DNA of 64,000 nt. Origin: the human T2T-CHM13v2.0 reference genome, Homo sapiens. Positions 1 through 21,807 of the stretch are shown piece after piece (the first letter of the stretch is position 1; each line of letters begins with the position of its first letter). The stretch lies in the NCBI RefSeq assembly GCF_009914755.1, contig NC_060933.1. One strand, written 5' to 3'. The notes under the pieces were generated by a model, which saw only the letters and a list, made by a program, of their open reading frames with translations, was not told the origin of the DNA and made no database searches. The position numbers and the translations under genes were made by a program.

Positions 1-114
1 TTAAATTTGAAGAATACAAAGTCATTGCCAGTGGAAAAACTGGGTGAAAGAGGTGGTTCCTTCCATGAGACGGAGCAGTGTGTCATGCGGCACAAAGGAC
101 ACTAACAAAACAGC

Positions 115-240
115 ATTTTTTCCAGAATTACAAAAAGCATAGAAAGAGCTCCTGACACCCTTCAGCCAGATTCTCCAATTTTTCACATTTTACCATATTT
201 GCCTCATCATTCCTTCTCTCTGTAGATAGAGATGCAATTG
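115..240 (-). mobile_element. Old L1 (L1MC-type) 3' fragment
   Basis: ACCCTTCAGCCAGATTCTCCAATT...ACATTTTACCATATTTGC resembles the reverse-oriented L1MC4/5 3' end. Confidence 0.4.
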
Positions 241-244
241 TAAA

Positions 245-270
245 CACACACACACACACACACACACACA
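245..270. repeat. (CA)13 microsatellite
   Basis: Pure CA tract read directly. Confidence 0.95.
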
Positions 271-282
271 GGTCTTTTTTAA

Positions 283-1422
283 TTCACAACACTTCTGACT
301 CACACCAGTGTGTTGGTTTTTTCCACACCAACGACCAAGGGTTCTGCAACTCTCCAAACACAAACTGGGTGTCCAGTAACTCAGTCCTATTTTTGTTGTG
401 GGTGAGCAGTGACTGCCTGGGCCGGTGGTGCAGGGGTAAAATAATTTATCAAGACAGTGGTAGGCAAAGAAAGGCAGATTTATTAGAGGAAGTAGGAAAA
501 TACGTTGTAAGAAAGCAACAGACAGAATCAGCAAGAGAGGAGCTGACTGCAAGGAGACAAAGGCTTGGTGGGGATTTTATAGAATAGTGTTTATGCTATA
601 AGCTGAAGAAGGGTTTGTGCAGTGCTGAAAATGATGAGGTTCCAGTGAACTCGCTTGCAGGTATCCGGTGACAGTTGGGCACAGGAAGATCGTGAGTTAT
701 TTGCACAGGAGGGCCATGTGTCCTGGACCATGAAGAAAGGCAGACTTAGAGCTTATCTGTTTCCTCTTTTTGTTTTCCCTTGGTCCCACTAGCCCTTTCC
801 CTAATGAAGACTCCATAATTCTGACATGAACTACCTGGAGTTAGCTGACCCCACAGGTTTAAGGGCTCAGTCCCACGAGATAGCCCCCAGTTCAGACTCC
901 AGTTGCAAGAACCAGGTCCTCAGTTTGCCTACACTTCTGTCTACTTTAGCTACAAAATTGGGGTTCCCACACACCCATTCAGGTTTAATAACTTGGTAGA
1001 ATGACTTGCAGAACTTAGAAAAGTGCTTCACTTACTGTTACCAGTTAATTATAAAGGTTACAACTCAGGAGCAGCCTGAAGGAAGAGAGACATAGGGCAA
1101 GGTATGCGGGAAGGGCAGGGAACTTCCATGCCCTGTTTGGGCATCTCATCCTCTCACCATCTCCATGTATCCACCAGCCCTGAAGCTTTCTGAACCCCAT
1201 AATTTGTTTTTATGGAGGCTCCATTACATAGGCACAACTGATTAAATCATTGGCTATTAGTTATTAACTCACCCTCCAGCCTTTCCTTCCTCCCTAAAGG
1301 TCAGGGGTGGGGACAAAGTTCCAAGTTTCTAATGAAGGCTTGGTCTTTTTGGCCACTAGCTCCAATCCTCAAGATATCTAGGAAGCCACCAAGAGTTGCC
1401 TCATTAGAATAAAAGATGCTTC
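283..1422 (-). mobile_element. MER21-like ERV LTR, interrupted by a MER83-like LTR and cut off at the L1
   Basis: Recalled motifs ACACTTCTGAC..., GGGTTCCCAC, CAACTCAGGAGCAGCC...GGAAGAGA..CATAGGGCAAGGTATG, CCTCATTAGAATAAAAGATGCT. Confidence 0.65.
394..817 (-). mobile_element. Solo ERV1 LTR, MER83-like
   Basis: Begins TGTTGTGG and ends ...GACTCCATA; contains AAAGAAAGGCAGATTTATTAGAG (reverse polyA-signal region); splits the host MER21. Confidence 0.6.
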
Positions 1423-1528
1423 ACCCTCCATTCCAAGATGGCCAAGTAGGAACAACTCCGGTCTGCAGCTCCCAGCATGATTGACACAGAAGACAGGTGA
1501 TTTCTGCATTTCCAACTGAGGTACTGGT

Positions 1529-1861
1529 TCATCTCATTGGGACTGGTTGGAAAGTGGGTGCAGCCCACAGAAGGCCAGCTGAAGCAGGTGGGGGCATTGC
1601 CTTACCCGGGAAGTGCAAGGGGCTGGGGGATTTCCCTTTCCTAGCCAAGGGAAGCTGTGACAGACTGTACCTGGAAAAACGGGACATTTCCGCCCAAATA
1701 CTGTGCTTTTCCCATGATCTTAGCAACTGGCAGACCAGCAGATTCTCTCCCGTGCCTGGCTGGGTGGGTCCCATGCCCAGGGAGCCTTGCTTACTGCTAG
1801 TGCAACAGTCTGAGGTCAACCTGTGAGGCTGCAGCCTGGCAGGGGGAGGGGCATCCACCAT
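1529..1861 (-). CDS. L1 antisense ORF0 homologue, open, 110 aa
   Basis: MVDAPPPARLQPHRLTSDCCTSSKQ... aligns by eye to primate L1 ORF0 (MAGAPPPASLPPCSLISDCCASNQ...); ATG lies in GCAATGG Kozak context; expression unknown. Confidence 0.5.
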   Translation of the reverse strand: MVDAPPPARLQPHRLTSDCCTSSKQGSLGMGPTQPGTGENLLVCQLLRSWEKHSIWAEMSRFSRYSLSQLPLARKGKSPSPLHFPGKAMPPPASAGLLWAAPTFQPVPMR

Positions 1862-2458
1862 TGCTGAGGCTTGAGTAGGTAAGCAAAGCGGCCAGGAAGC
1901 TCTAACTAGGTGGAGCCCACTGCAGCTCAGCAAGGCCTACTGCCTCTATAGACTCCATGTCTGGGGGTAGGTCATAGCTGAACAAAATGGAGCAGAAACT
2001 TCTGCAGACTTAAACGTTCCTGTCTGACAGCTCTGAAAAGAGCAGTGGTTCTTCCAGCATGGCGTTTGAGCACTGACAACAAACAGACTGCCTCCTCAAG
2101 TGGGTCCCTGACACCTGTGTAGCCTAACTGGGAGACACTGCCCAGTAGGGGCCAACAGACACCTCATACAGGCGGGTGCCCCTCTGGGACAAAGCTTCCA
2201 GAGGAAGGATCAGGCAGCAATATTTGCTGTTCTGCAATATTTGCTGTTCTGCAGCCTCTGCTGGTGATACCCAAGCAAACAGGGTCTGGAGTGGACCTCC
2301 AGCAAACTCCAACAGACCTGCAGCTGAGGGACTTGACTGTTTGAAGGAAAACTAACATACAAAGGAATAGCATCAACATCAACAAAAAATACATCCACAC
2401 CAAAACCTCATCTGTAGGTCACCAACATCAAAGACCAAAGGTAGATAAAACCACAAAG

Positions 2459-3482
2459 ATGGGGAGAAACCAGAGCAGAAAAGCTGAAAATTCTGAAAAC
2501 CAGAGGACCTCTTCTCCTCCAAAGGACTGCAGCTCCTCACCAGCAACGGAACAAAGTGGGATGGAGAATGACTTTGATGAGTTGACAGAAGTAGGCTTCA
2601 GAAGGTCGGTAATAACAAACTTCTTTGAGCTAAAGGAGCATGTTCTAACCCATTGCAAGGAAGCTACAAACCTTAAAAAAGGTTAGAAGAATGTCTAACT
2701 AGAATAAACTATGTAGAGAAGACCTTAAATGACCTGATGGAGCTGAAAACCATGGCATGAGAACTACGTGACGCAGGCACAAGCTTCAATAGCTGATTCG
2801 ATCAAGTGGAAGAAAGGATATCAGTGATTGAAGATCAAATTAATGAAATAAAGCAAGAAAACAAGTTTAGAGAAAAAAGAGTAAAAAGAAATGAACAAAG
2901 CCTCCAAGAAATATGGGACTATGTGAAAAGACCAAATCTATGTTTAATTGGTGTACCTGAAAGTGACGGGGAGAATGAAACTAAGTTGGAAAACACTCTT
3001 CAGGATATTATCCAGGAGAACTTCCCCAACCTAGCAAAGCAGGCCAACATTCAAATTCAGAAATACAGAGGACACGACAAAGATACTCCTCGAGAAGAGT
3101 AACCCCAAGACACATAATTGTCAGATTTACCAAAGTTGAAATGAAGGAAAAAATGTTAAAGGCAGCCAGAGAGAAAGGTCGGGTTACCCACAAAGGGAAG
3201 CCCATCAGGCTAACAGTGGATCTCTTGGCAGAAACTCCACAAGACAGAAGAGAGTGGGGGCCAATATTCAACATTCTTAAAGAAAAGAATTTTCAACCCA
3301 GAATTTCATATCCAGCCAAACTAAGCTTCATAAGTGAAGGAGAAATAAAATCCTTTACAGACAAGAAAATGCTGAGAGATTTTGTCACCACCAGGTCTGC
3401 CATACAAGAGCTCCTGAAGGAAGCACTAAACATGGAAAGGAACAACCAGTACCAGCCACTGCAAAAACATGCCAAATTGTAA
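2459..3482 (+). pseudogene. L1 ORF1p remnant (frameshifts/stops)
   Basis: Fragments MGRNQSRKAENS..., EIWDYVKRPNL..., QPRISYPAKLSF...QKHAKL lie in different frames. Confidence 0.93.
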
Positions 3483-3545
3483 AGCCCATCGATGCTATAA
3501 AGAAACTGCATCAACTGATGGGCAAAATAACCAGCTGACATCATA

Positions 3546-7370
<3,825 letters not shown>

Positions 7371-7589
7371 ACAATGAGAACACTTGGACACAGGGAGGGG
7401 AACATCACACACCAGGGCCTGTCGTGGGGTGGGGGGCTGGGGGAGGGATAGCATTAGGAGAAATACCCAATGTAAATGATGAGTTAATGGGTGCAGCAAA
7501 CCAACATGGCACATGTATAACTACGTAACAACCCTGCACATTGTGCACATGTATCCTAGAACTTAAAGTATAATAATAAAAAAAGAATA

Positions 7590-7770
7590 TATTATATACT
7601 TGTAAATTGCCAAGAGAGTAGATTTTAAGGAGTTTAAGTGTTCTCATCACAAATTATGTTTGAGGTAATGGAAATGTTAAATAGCTTGATTTATCCATTG
7701 CACCAACACTATATTGTACAATGTAAGTATATATAATTTTGACTTACCTAATAAATAATTTTTTGAAAAG
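7590..7770 (+). mobile_element. Old L1MA/L1MB 3' end fragment
   Basis: TATACTTGTAAATTGCCAAGAGAGTAGATTTTAAG...TGAGGTAATGGA..TGTTAA.TAGCTTGATTTA. Confidence 0.7.
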
Positions 7771-8124
7771 AATAAGATACATCTATATGCGCTGACATAA
7801 AAGAATAGACATGATATATTGTTGAGTGAAAATAAGTGGCATATAAATTTTTGTCTGATATAAATTTTTAAAATCATGCAGTTTAATTTATTCCTTCCAT
7901 AGACAAGTGAATAACATGGAAAAAGGTTGAGAAACATTGCATGGAGTATTTATTTTTGGTTCCCAATAATTTCCTTGCTACTCCAAATAAAGAACTGTTT
8001 TTTTCAGAATCACCTCAACTATGTTCAACTTCTATCTTGTTAGATGGGGGAGAGCAGCCACCCTCACTCTTGGGTGAGGGAGGCTCACTCAGGGATCACT
8101 GTCCTTCGCTGCCTTGTGTTCAGT

Positions 8125-8235
8125 CTAGAGAGTCTAAGTAATGTTTCTGAGGACACATAGCTTATAAGACACAAAGCGATACTAGACTCAGGTCTGTCTG
8201 TTTCAAGGACCCACAATTGTAATCTTCACACCATA
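8125..8235 (-). mobile_element. MIR SINE fragment
   Basis: AGAGAG.CTAAGTAA...GAGGACACATAGCT...CTCAGGTCTGTCTG resembles the MIR core. Confidence 0.55.
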
Positions 8236-10864
8236 AAGCCAATGAGAGTGTATTTCAACAAAAAAAGAAATCATATAATCAAGTCTCTATAAATGCCCTT
8301 AACTAAGATTTTCAGCCCACTGTGTCACCATGGAACTCACTCTTAATTCTTGGATACAGGACAAAAACCAAGGTGAATCACTGACTTACTTGCTTCCTCC
8401 GTATGAACAGCTATTGTAGGCAGCAGGAGTAATATGGTGATAGGCCTGCATTGCAATAGCAAGGTCAGCAGTTGCTATTAAATCTTGACAGGCCCCACTG
8501 TGGGACAAAAAGCATGCTTGCCACGCCAAGACTAGATAAGATCCAGAAAAACCCCAGTGTCCACCTATGTTCTAGACTGAAGTCCACAGATCTGGTCCAC
8601 AAGTCTCAGAAGGCTTCATCTTATCCCTGAAGCTTTCTAATTATAGTCTTTTCCAATCAGGGTCCCAAAAGAGAATTAGCCTACAGACAAGTGATTTCGT
8701 TGACTAATTCTCCATTTCCCAAGAATGCAACATAGCTAGTACCATTGTAGATGGAGAGGAGATAAGCTAATTTGTTACATGTTTGGTTGCCTTAATGGAC
8801 TGGAGCTTTATTCTATCAGTAATCCTTACTGAGAAAGGTCAATTGAAGTTTCCAATCTAACTTGGTTTATGGTGGGAGTACACACGGTAGATGTGGAGTC
8901 TTCTGCTTTATCTGGGAAGAAATATCTGGCTGTATTTGAATGGGCACTGAACCTGAGCCCCATGAGCCCAGTAAAAGTGTGGCCTCATCTGGGCCGGGCT
9001 AGACATGCCCCTTTCCCAACCAGCCCTTCCTGAATCATTGGGTGAGGATGCTTATCCAGGCCAGCAGAAGACTCAGGGTTATTTTGGGAAGGACAGACAC
9101 ACATCCTTGTCCTGAGATAGGGCAGGCTATGATCACCGGAATGCAAACGTTAAACTTGTCACTTCCAAGATGTGCTCAACTCTCCTCCTCCCGCTGAAAT
9201 TCAGTTCCCATAAATGGACAGAGAGCTAATTTCCCTTGGCTTCATCTCAAGACCAGGTCACTATGTTCCCAAAGTCTAACTTAGCTCAAATGTCTTTACC
9301 TACTAAGGTTATTTTTCTGCTGCTGTGGTGGAATTGCTATTTTCAGTAGCTGAGAAAAATTCAATATTTATTTTTCTTGGTGGGAAATCCACAGTGAAGT
9401 AGGTGGTTCCTGGAAGCTGTTTATTCCCCCTATTGCATTGTCTTGAGCAAATGACCATGATTAATAATATTTAAAGGGATTAATCTCATTCTGCAGGAGG
9501 CAAGCAGTAGAGCAGATAGATATAAATAGAAATATTGAAACAGATATAAATATAGATATCTCTTGCCCATTTTAATTCTACATATTTACAGCTTCAGGGC
9601 ATAATACAAATGGACAAAGAACCTAGCCAGCAGAAACCGAATAAAATTCCAACAGGGAGATTTATTACTGCCTCTGGAAGTAAATCATAGTTGATATTCT
9701 GGACTGAGTTTACTCTGAGCATGTGATCTTACTCAATCAGATCATGCTAAATATAGACTTGGAGAGGACTCATGGCAGAACGTTGACTGAGGCCATAAGC
9801 TGCCATCTGGATTTTTTGTATCTTTTTTCAGAAAACAGTGAATTCACCCCGGCATTCAGCTTCCGTAAGATCAAGCACAGAGGTCATCTGCTGCGGATTT
9901 GTAGAGGAAAGTTCACACTGCTGTGAAAATATATTCCCAGTTATATTTGAATTTCTAGTTTTAGGACAAAATTCTGCTATCTTTTTACAAAAAGCCCCCC
10001 CTCCCCTTACACCCCATAACACGCCACTCTTTATAGGATTGTCACTCATGATTATCCTGATGACAGGAAGCATTGATGATGACTCATTGATTTTTTTCTA
10101 TATGCCCCGAGAAGTTGGTGTGATCTTTCTGGAAAAGAAGACCTTCTTTGACACATAATGTTTATGAAAATATCAGAGGTTCAGGTTGGGTAATCTGTCT
10201 CAAACTCTCCCTCAAGCCCCTCTACTCCCTCTAGGAAGAACACAACACGAATCCTGCAGGATGACTGAAAACTCCTCTGTTGATCAGGGCATTCAGCAAG
10301 CAAGTCTGCACAGCCCTGCTCACAGTCACTCCACTCTGAAACCAGTTCTGCTTTGGGAAAATATTTCCTGGGTTTAACAAAGTCCCTTATGCTGACACCT
10401 GTGTATTTTTCTTTATTCTGCTTTAATGTGATGTATAACTTTAGAATCATAGAGCACTAGTGCTTTAACGGAGTTTAGAGCCTAGCCTTAGAATTTAACA
10501 GGAACAAAAGCTTGGGCCCAGAAAGCGTGGGTTCCCATAGCTAGTTAGTAGAATAGAGGCTTGGTCTCCTCAGCCTGCAGGGATTTCTTTTCTACCATTA
10601 ATGGCTGTATTTGAAGATGTATTTAAATCCCTCCTCAGCCTCCATTTTTCAAGTTGAGATGTTCTTTAGTCTCCCAATAAGTATAATTTTCCGAACGTTA
10701 GATTCTTTTCTCATATTTTCTCCTTTCTCCATGTGCACATTAAATTATGGTGCCCTGTGCTGGTCTCAGAATAAGTAGCAGACTTTAACTAGTACTGTCT
10801 GGGATAGTATTATAATTCATAATAATCCATTGACTATGTAGAAATAGTTCTTAAGTTCTTAATT

Positions 10865-11950
10865 CATAACATGTCAGACAGTGATATATACCCTGAGGAT
10901 ATAGAAATGAATAACAATAAGGTTCATTCTTCAAGGACCTTGAAGTCATGCAGGGGAGATGTGTATTGAGTGGTTGACCATAGCTAGGTAGGAGGTAGGA
11001 GGTAGGAGGTGTTCATGTGTGTTGGGGAGAAGTGTTGGGGCACAAAAGAGGGTGTCCTTATATGTATAGGATTTTAAGAGAAATTTTAAGTCATTTTTTA
11101 GCCAAAAGTGGGGTGTTTTAGCTGGATCTGAAAGAATCCAGCAATGTTTAAGAATTGAAATAATGCTGTTACTATTATTTGTGTATATGTTCGTGTATCT
11201 TGGGTATTATTCGGAGTCATGGGATCACATCAGTTACGGAAAGATCACTTTGGTTGCAATGTGGATAACGGATTGAAGGGGAAAAAAAGAAGAAAATTCA
11301 CTTAGGAGCCTAAAGTAATATTCCAGGAAACAGATGGTACAGATTTCGGCAGAGCTGTGACAGAAGACTAATCCTCAGGATTTAGTGACCTCTTAAATGC
11401 TGATTGTTGAGGAAGAGGTCAGCAGTGATTTCCAAGGTTGTGCTTTGGACAACTGGGTTGGACTATTTAATAATAATAGGCTTGTGGTTATTCTTTTAAA
11501 TATATCAAATAATCATGGAATAGTAGAAGGTTTTGGGTGGAAGATAAGGAGTCCAATTCTAGCCACGTGGAACTTGAACAACTTGGAATTATCCAGTTTG
11601 CATTATCCAGTGGGCAAAAGGATACATGGGTCTGGAGGGCAGGGGAGAATCCTGGGATATGATATAAGGTGGCAGTTAAACCAAAATGTGGATTACTGTA
11701 TTCAGGCAGATGTTAGAGTATGAACAGAAGAAGGTCACTTGTCAAAGAGTAGGCAGGAAGCCTCATGAAGGAGACTGGAAAGAAATGTTTGGAAGGCATG
11801 AGGAGAACCAGAAGCATGTGGCCAACAGGCCTCATGTCCTTGAGGGATCAAGTGACAGAAAGATTAAAATCTATTAAATTCTGCAGTGAACTTATAATTG
11901 GTGATCTTAGGGCAATTTATTGGGGTGTGGAAAGCTCTGAATCCAGAACG
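10865..11950 (-). mobile_element. L2 LINE fragments
   Basis: Purine-rich degenerate L2 motifs (GAAAGATCACTTTGGTTGCAATGTGGA, GATTTCCAAGGTT...TTGGACAACTGGG). Confidence 0.6.
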
Positions 11951-11984
11951 CAACACACCGAGGAATCAGTTTCTTTCTTTATTT

Positions 11985-12193
<209 letters not shown>

Positions 12194-12268
12194 TGATTTT
12201 TATATGTTGGAACCACTTTCACATTCCTGGGATTACTCTCACTTGGACATAATGTATAATATCTTTAA

Positions 12269-12608
<340 letters not shown>

Positions 12609-13261
12609 TAGTATTTTGTTGAGTGTTTTGGCATCTACATTCATAAGAGACTTTGGTTTATAGTTTTCTTTTCTTGTGATGTCTTTATCTGGTTTTGGTA
12701 TCATGGTAATGCCGACCTCATGGAGTGAGTTAGGAAGTTTTCTCAATTCTATTTTTTTGGAAGAGTCTAAGAAGCATTTCTACTAATTCTTAAAAATTTG
12801 GTAGAATTCACCATCTGGTCCTGGGGTTTTCTTTATTGGAAGCTTTTGGATGGTTGACTCAATCTCTTTATTTGTTATAGGTCTATTCAGATTTTCTGTT
12901 TCTTCCTGAGTCAATTTTGGTAGCTTGTGTGTCTCCAGAAATTGTCCATTTCATCTAAATTGTCTAATTTGTTGGCATACAATTGTTCACGGTATTGTTT
13001 TACAATGCTTTTAATTTCTCTATATCGTTAGCAACATCTCCTTTGTTCCTGATTTTAATAGTTTAAGTCTACTCTTTTTCTTTTTTCTTGGTTAGTCTAG
13101 CCAAAGTTTTCTCAACATTGTTGATCTTTTCAAATAACTATGTTATGTTTTATTAATTTTTTCCATTGTCATTCTATTCTCTACTTCATTTATCTCTCCT
13201 CTAATGTTTATTTTTTTCCTTCTTCTTGCTTAGGTTTAGTTTGCTCTTCTTTTTCTATAGT

Positions 13262-15298
<2,037 letters not shown>

Positions 15299-16048
15299 GT
15301 ATGCTGTGTTTTTGTTTTAATTCACCTGAAAATATGTTTTAGTTTCCGCTGTGATGTCCTCTTTGACTCATCAGTTATTTAGGAGTGTTTAATTTCCACT
15401 CTTTGTGAATTTTCTTCTATTAATGCTTTCTAATTTCATTCCATTGTTGGAGAATATACTTGGCATAATTTTTATATTTTTATATTTGTTGAGATTTGTT
15501 TTTCTGGACTAATGTATGGTCCATTCTGGAAAATAGTTCACTTGAGAAGAATGTGTATTCACCTGTTGTTGGGTGGAGTGTTCTACAGATGTCTGCTGGA
15601 TTTCATTGGCTTATAGTGTTGCTCAAGTTTTCTATTTTCTTGTTGATTTTCTATCTAGTTTTTCTAGACATCATTGAAAATTTGTATTAAAGTCTTCAAC
15701 TATTATTGTTAAACTCTATTATTTGGCCTTCAATTGTGTCAATTTTTTCTTTGTGTATTGTGGAGCTCTGCATTTAGGTGAATATATGTCTATAAGTGTT
15801 ATACTTTATTAATGAATTGACTCTTTTATATTAATAATTATATAATGCCCTTTTTGTCTCTTTAACAATTTTTATATTGAAGTCTATTTTGTTTGATATG
15901 AGTATAGCCATTCCAGCTCTCCTTTGATAACTACTTGCATAGAATGTTTTTTCAACATTTTCCTTTCAACCTACTTATGTCTTTAAATCTAAAGTGAATT
16001 CTTGTAGACAGAATATAATTGAACCACGTTTTAAAAATAATCCATTCT

Positions 16049-16357
<309 letters not shown>

Positions 16358-18974
16358 CTATGCCATTTAATTGGATAGTTTAATCCATTTGTACTTAATA
16401 TAATTACTGATAAGGGAAGACTTCTGCCATTTTGCTATTGGTTTTCTATATCTTACATCTTTTTTCTTCCTCATTTCCTTCATTATTTCTTTTTTTTGTT
16501 AAATAGGTATTTTCTTGTGTACCATTTTATTCCCTTGTCACTTCTTTTACAATGTTTTAAAATTTATTTTGTTAGTGGTTACCTTGGAAATTACAATTAA
16601 CATTTTAATTTATAATAATTTATTTAGATTAATAACAACTTAATTTTCAATAGTATACCAAAACTTAGCTCTTATACGGCTCCATTTCCTCTCCTTTTAT
16701 AATATTCTCACAAATTATGCCTTTATACATTGCATGCTCAACAACATATATTTATAATTACTGCTTTATGCAATTGTCTTTTAAATTATATAGGAAAAAC
16801 AGGGGTTACAAACAAGAACTACATTAACACTGTCTCTCATATTATCTATGTAGTTACTTTTACTGGTGTTCTTTATTTCTTCATAATATTTAACTTACTG
16901 TTTAGTGTCATTTTATTTCAGCCTTAGGACTCTTTCAGAATTTCTTGTAGGACAGGTCTGCTAGTGACAAACTCAGTTTTTGTATATTAGAATGTTTTAA
17001 TTTCTCTTTTATTAAAAAATAGAATTTACTTTTTAAGAAGTTTTAGGTTTACAGACAAATTGAGTGGAAAATACAGAGATTTTCTATTTACCCCCTCACT
17101 CCTTCACCCTTAGAATCCCCTATTATTAACATTTTGGATTACTGTGGTACATTTGTCACAATTGATGAGTAATATTGATACACATTATTATTAACTAAAG
17201 TCAGTAGTTCAGTTTACATTAGGGCTCATTCTTTGTGTTGCATATTCTATGGATTTTGACAAATATACAATACTTTATATTCACCATTACAGTATCATAT
17301 ATGATACTGTAATGGTGAATATAAAGATTCACCATTGTAATGGTGAATATAAAGATTCACATCCAGAATAGGTTTCACTGCCTTAAAATACCCTGCACTC
17401 TATTTATCCCTGTCTTTCTCCCCAAAGCCCTTACCACCACAGATTTTTTTACAGTTTATGCAGTTTTGCTGAATGTCATATAGTTGAAATCATACAGTCT
17501 GTAGCTGTTTCAGATTGATTTTTTTCACTTAATAATTGGTGCATTGCTTTTCTGAGACTATATTTCTATCTCCTGATTAAAGAACAGAGCTGGCTATATA
17601 ATTTGTATTTAAGATTCCTCCATCTCTTTTCATGGCTCGACAGCTTATTCCATTTTATTGTTAAATAACATTCCACTGTATGGATATGCTGCAGTTTATT
17701 CACCTATTGAAGGACATCTTTGTTGCTTCCAACTTTTGGCAATTACAAATAAAGCTGCTATACATGTTTGTGAAGCACTTTCTGTGTAGACATTTTTCAA
17801 TTCATTTGGGTAAATACCAAAAAATGTGACTACTGAATCATATGGTAAGAGTATGTTTAGTTTTGTATAAAACTGCCAATCTGTCTTTCAAAGTAACTGT
17901 ACCATTTTGCATTCTCACGAGCAATAAATGAGACTTTCTGTTGTTCATTGCAACACATCCTTTCCAGCGTTTGTTTTTTTCTCCAGTTTCACTGAGGTAT
18001 AATTGACAAGTAAAATTGTATAAATTTAAGGAGTACAACATTGTGATTTGATATACATATATTATGAAATGTTTATCATAATCAAGTTAATCTTTTACCT
18101 CACCTAGTTATCTTTTTTCCAGAGGTTGTAGAACATTTCTGTGTAGTAGGACATTTAAGATCTATTCTCTTAGCAAATTTTTATTATAGGAAAAAATATT
18201 GTTAACTATAATCACTATGCTATTTTAAACTGATAACAACTTAACTGTGATTGCATACAAAAATTTATACTTTTACTTCTCCCCCTCACATTTTAGCTTA
18301 CTGATGTTACAATTTATATCTTTTTACATTGTGTATCCAATAACAAATTATTGTAGTTACAGTTATTTTTAATATGTTCGTTTTTTAACTTTTATACCAG
18401 AAGTAAAAGTGATTTATGCATCATTATTACAATACTAGGGAATTCTGACATTGATTATATATTTACTTTTATAGTGAGTTTTATACATTCATATGTTTTT
18501 ATGTTGTTAATTACTGTTCTTTTATTTCAGCTTGAAAAATTTTCTTTAGTGTTTCTTATACGGCAGTTCTGGTGGTGATAAACTCTTTCAGTTTTTATTT
18601 GTTTGGGAAATTCTTTATATCTTTTATTTCTGAAGAATAGCTTTTCCAGGTATAGTATTCTTGGTTCACAGTATTTTTTCTTTCACTATTTTGAATATAT
18701 CATCCAACTTCCTCCTGGCCTAGAAGGTTTCTGTTAAGAAAATCTACTGGTAGTCTTAAGGGGTCTCACATGTATGTAATGAGTTGCTTCTCTCTTGCTG
18801 CTTTTAAGTTTCTCTTTGTCTTTGACTTTTGACAATTTAATTATAATGTGTCTTGGTGTACGCTTTTTGAGCTCAACCTATTTGGAGACTTTTGGGCCTC
18901 ATGAGTGTGGATGTTCATTTTTCTTCTCAAATTTTAGAAGTTTTCAGCCATTTTTTTGGTCCAATTAACACTTT

Positions 18975-21807
<2,833 letters not shown>

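Noticed and set aside
2217-2253. Tandem GCAATATTTGCTGTTCT duplication in the L1 5'UTR
   Set aside because: A similar duplicated motif is, as I recall, a normal feature of L1PA 5'UTR consensus sequences.
8991-9010. Possible p53 response element GGGCCGGGCT-AGACATGCCC
   Set aside because: Only one half-site is perfect; the other has three mismatches including the core WW.
10011-10230. Minus-strand acceptor/donor pairs suggesting a coding exon
   Set aside because: Stops in all three frames and no recognisable homology.
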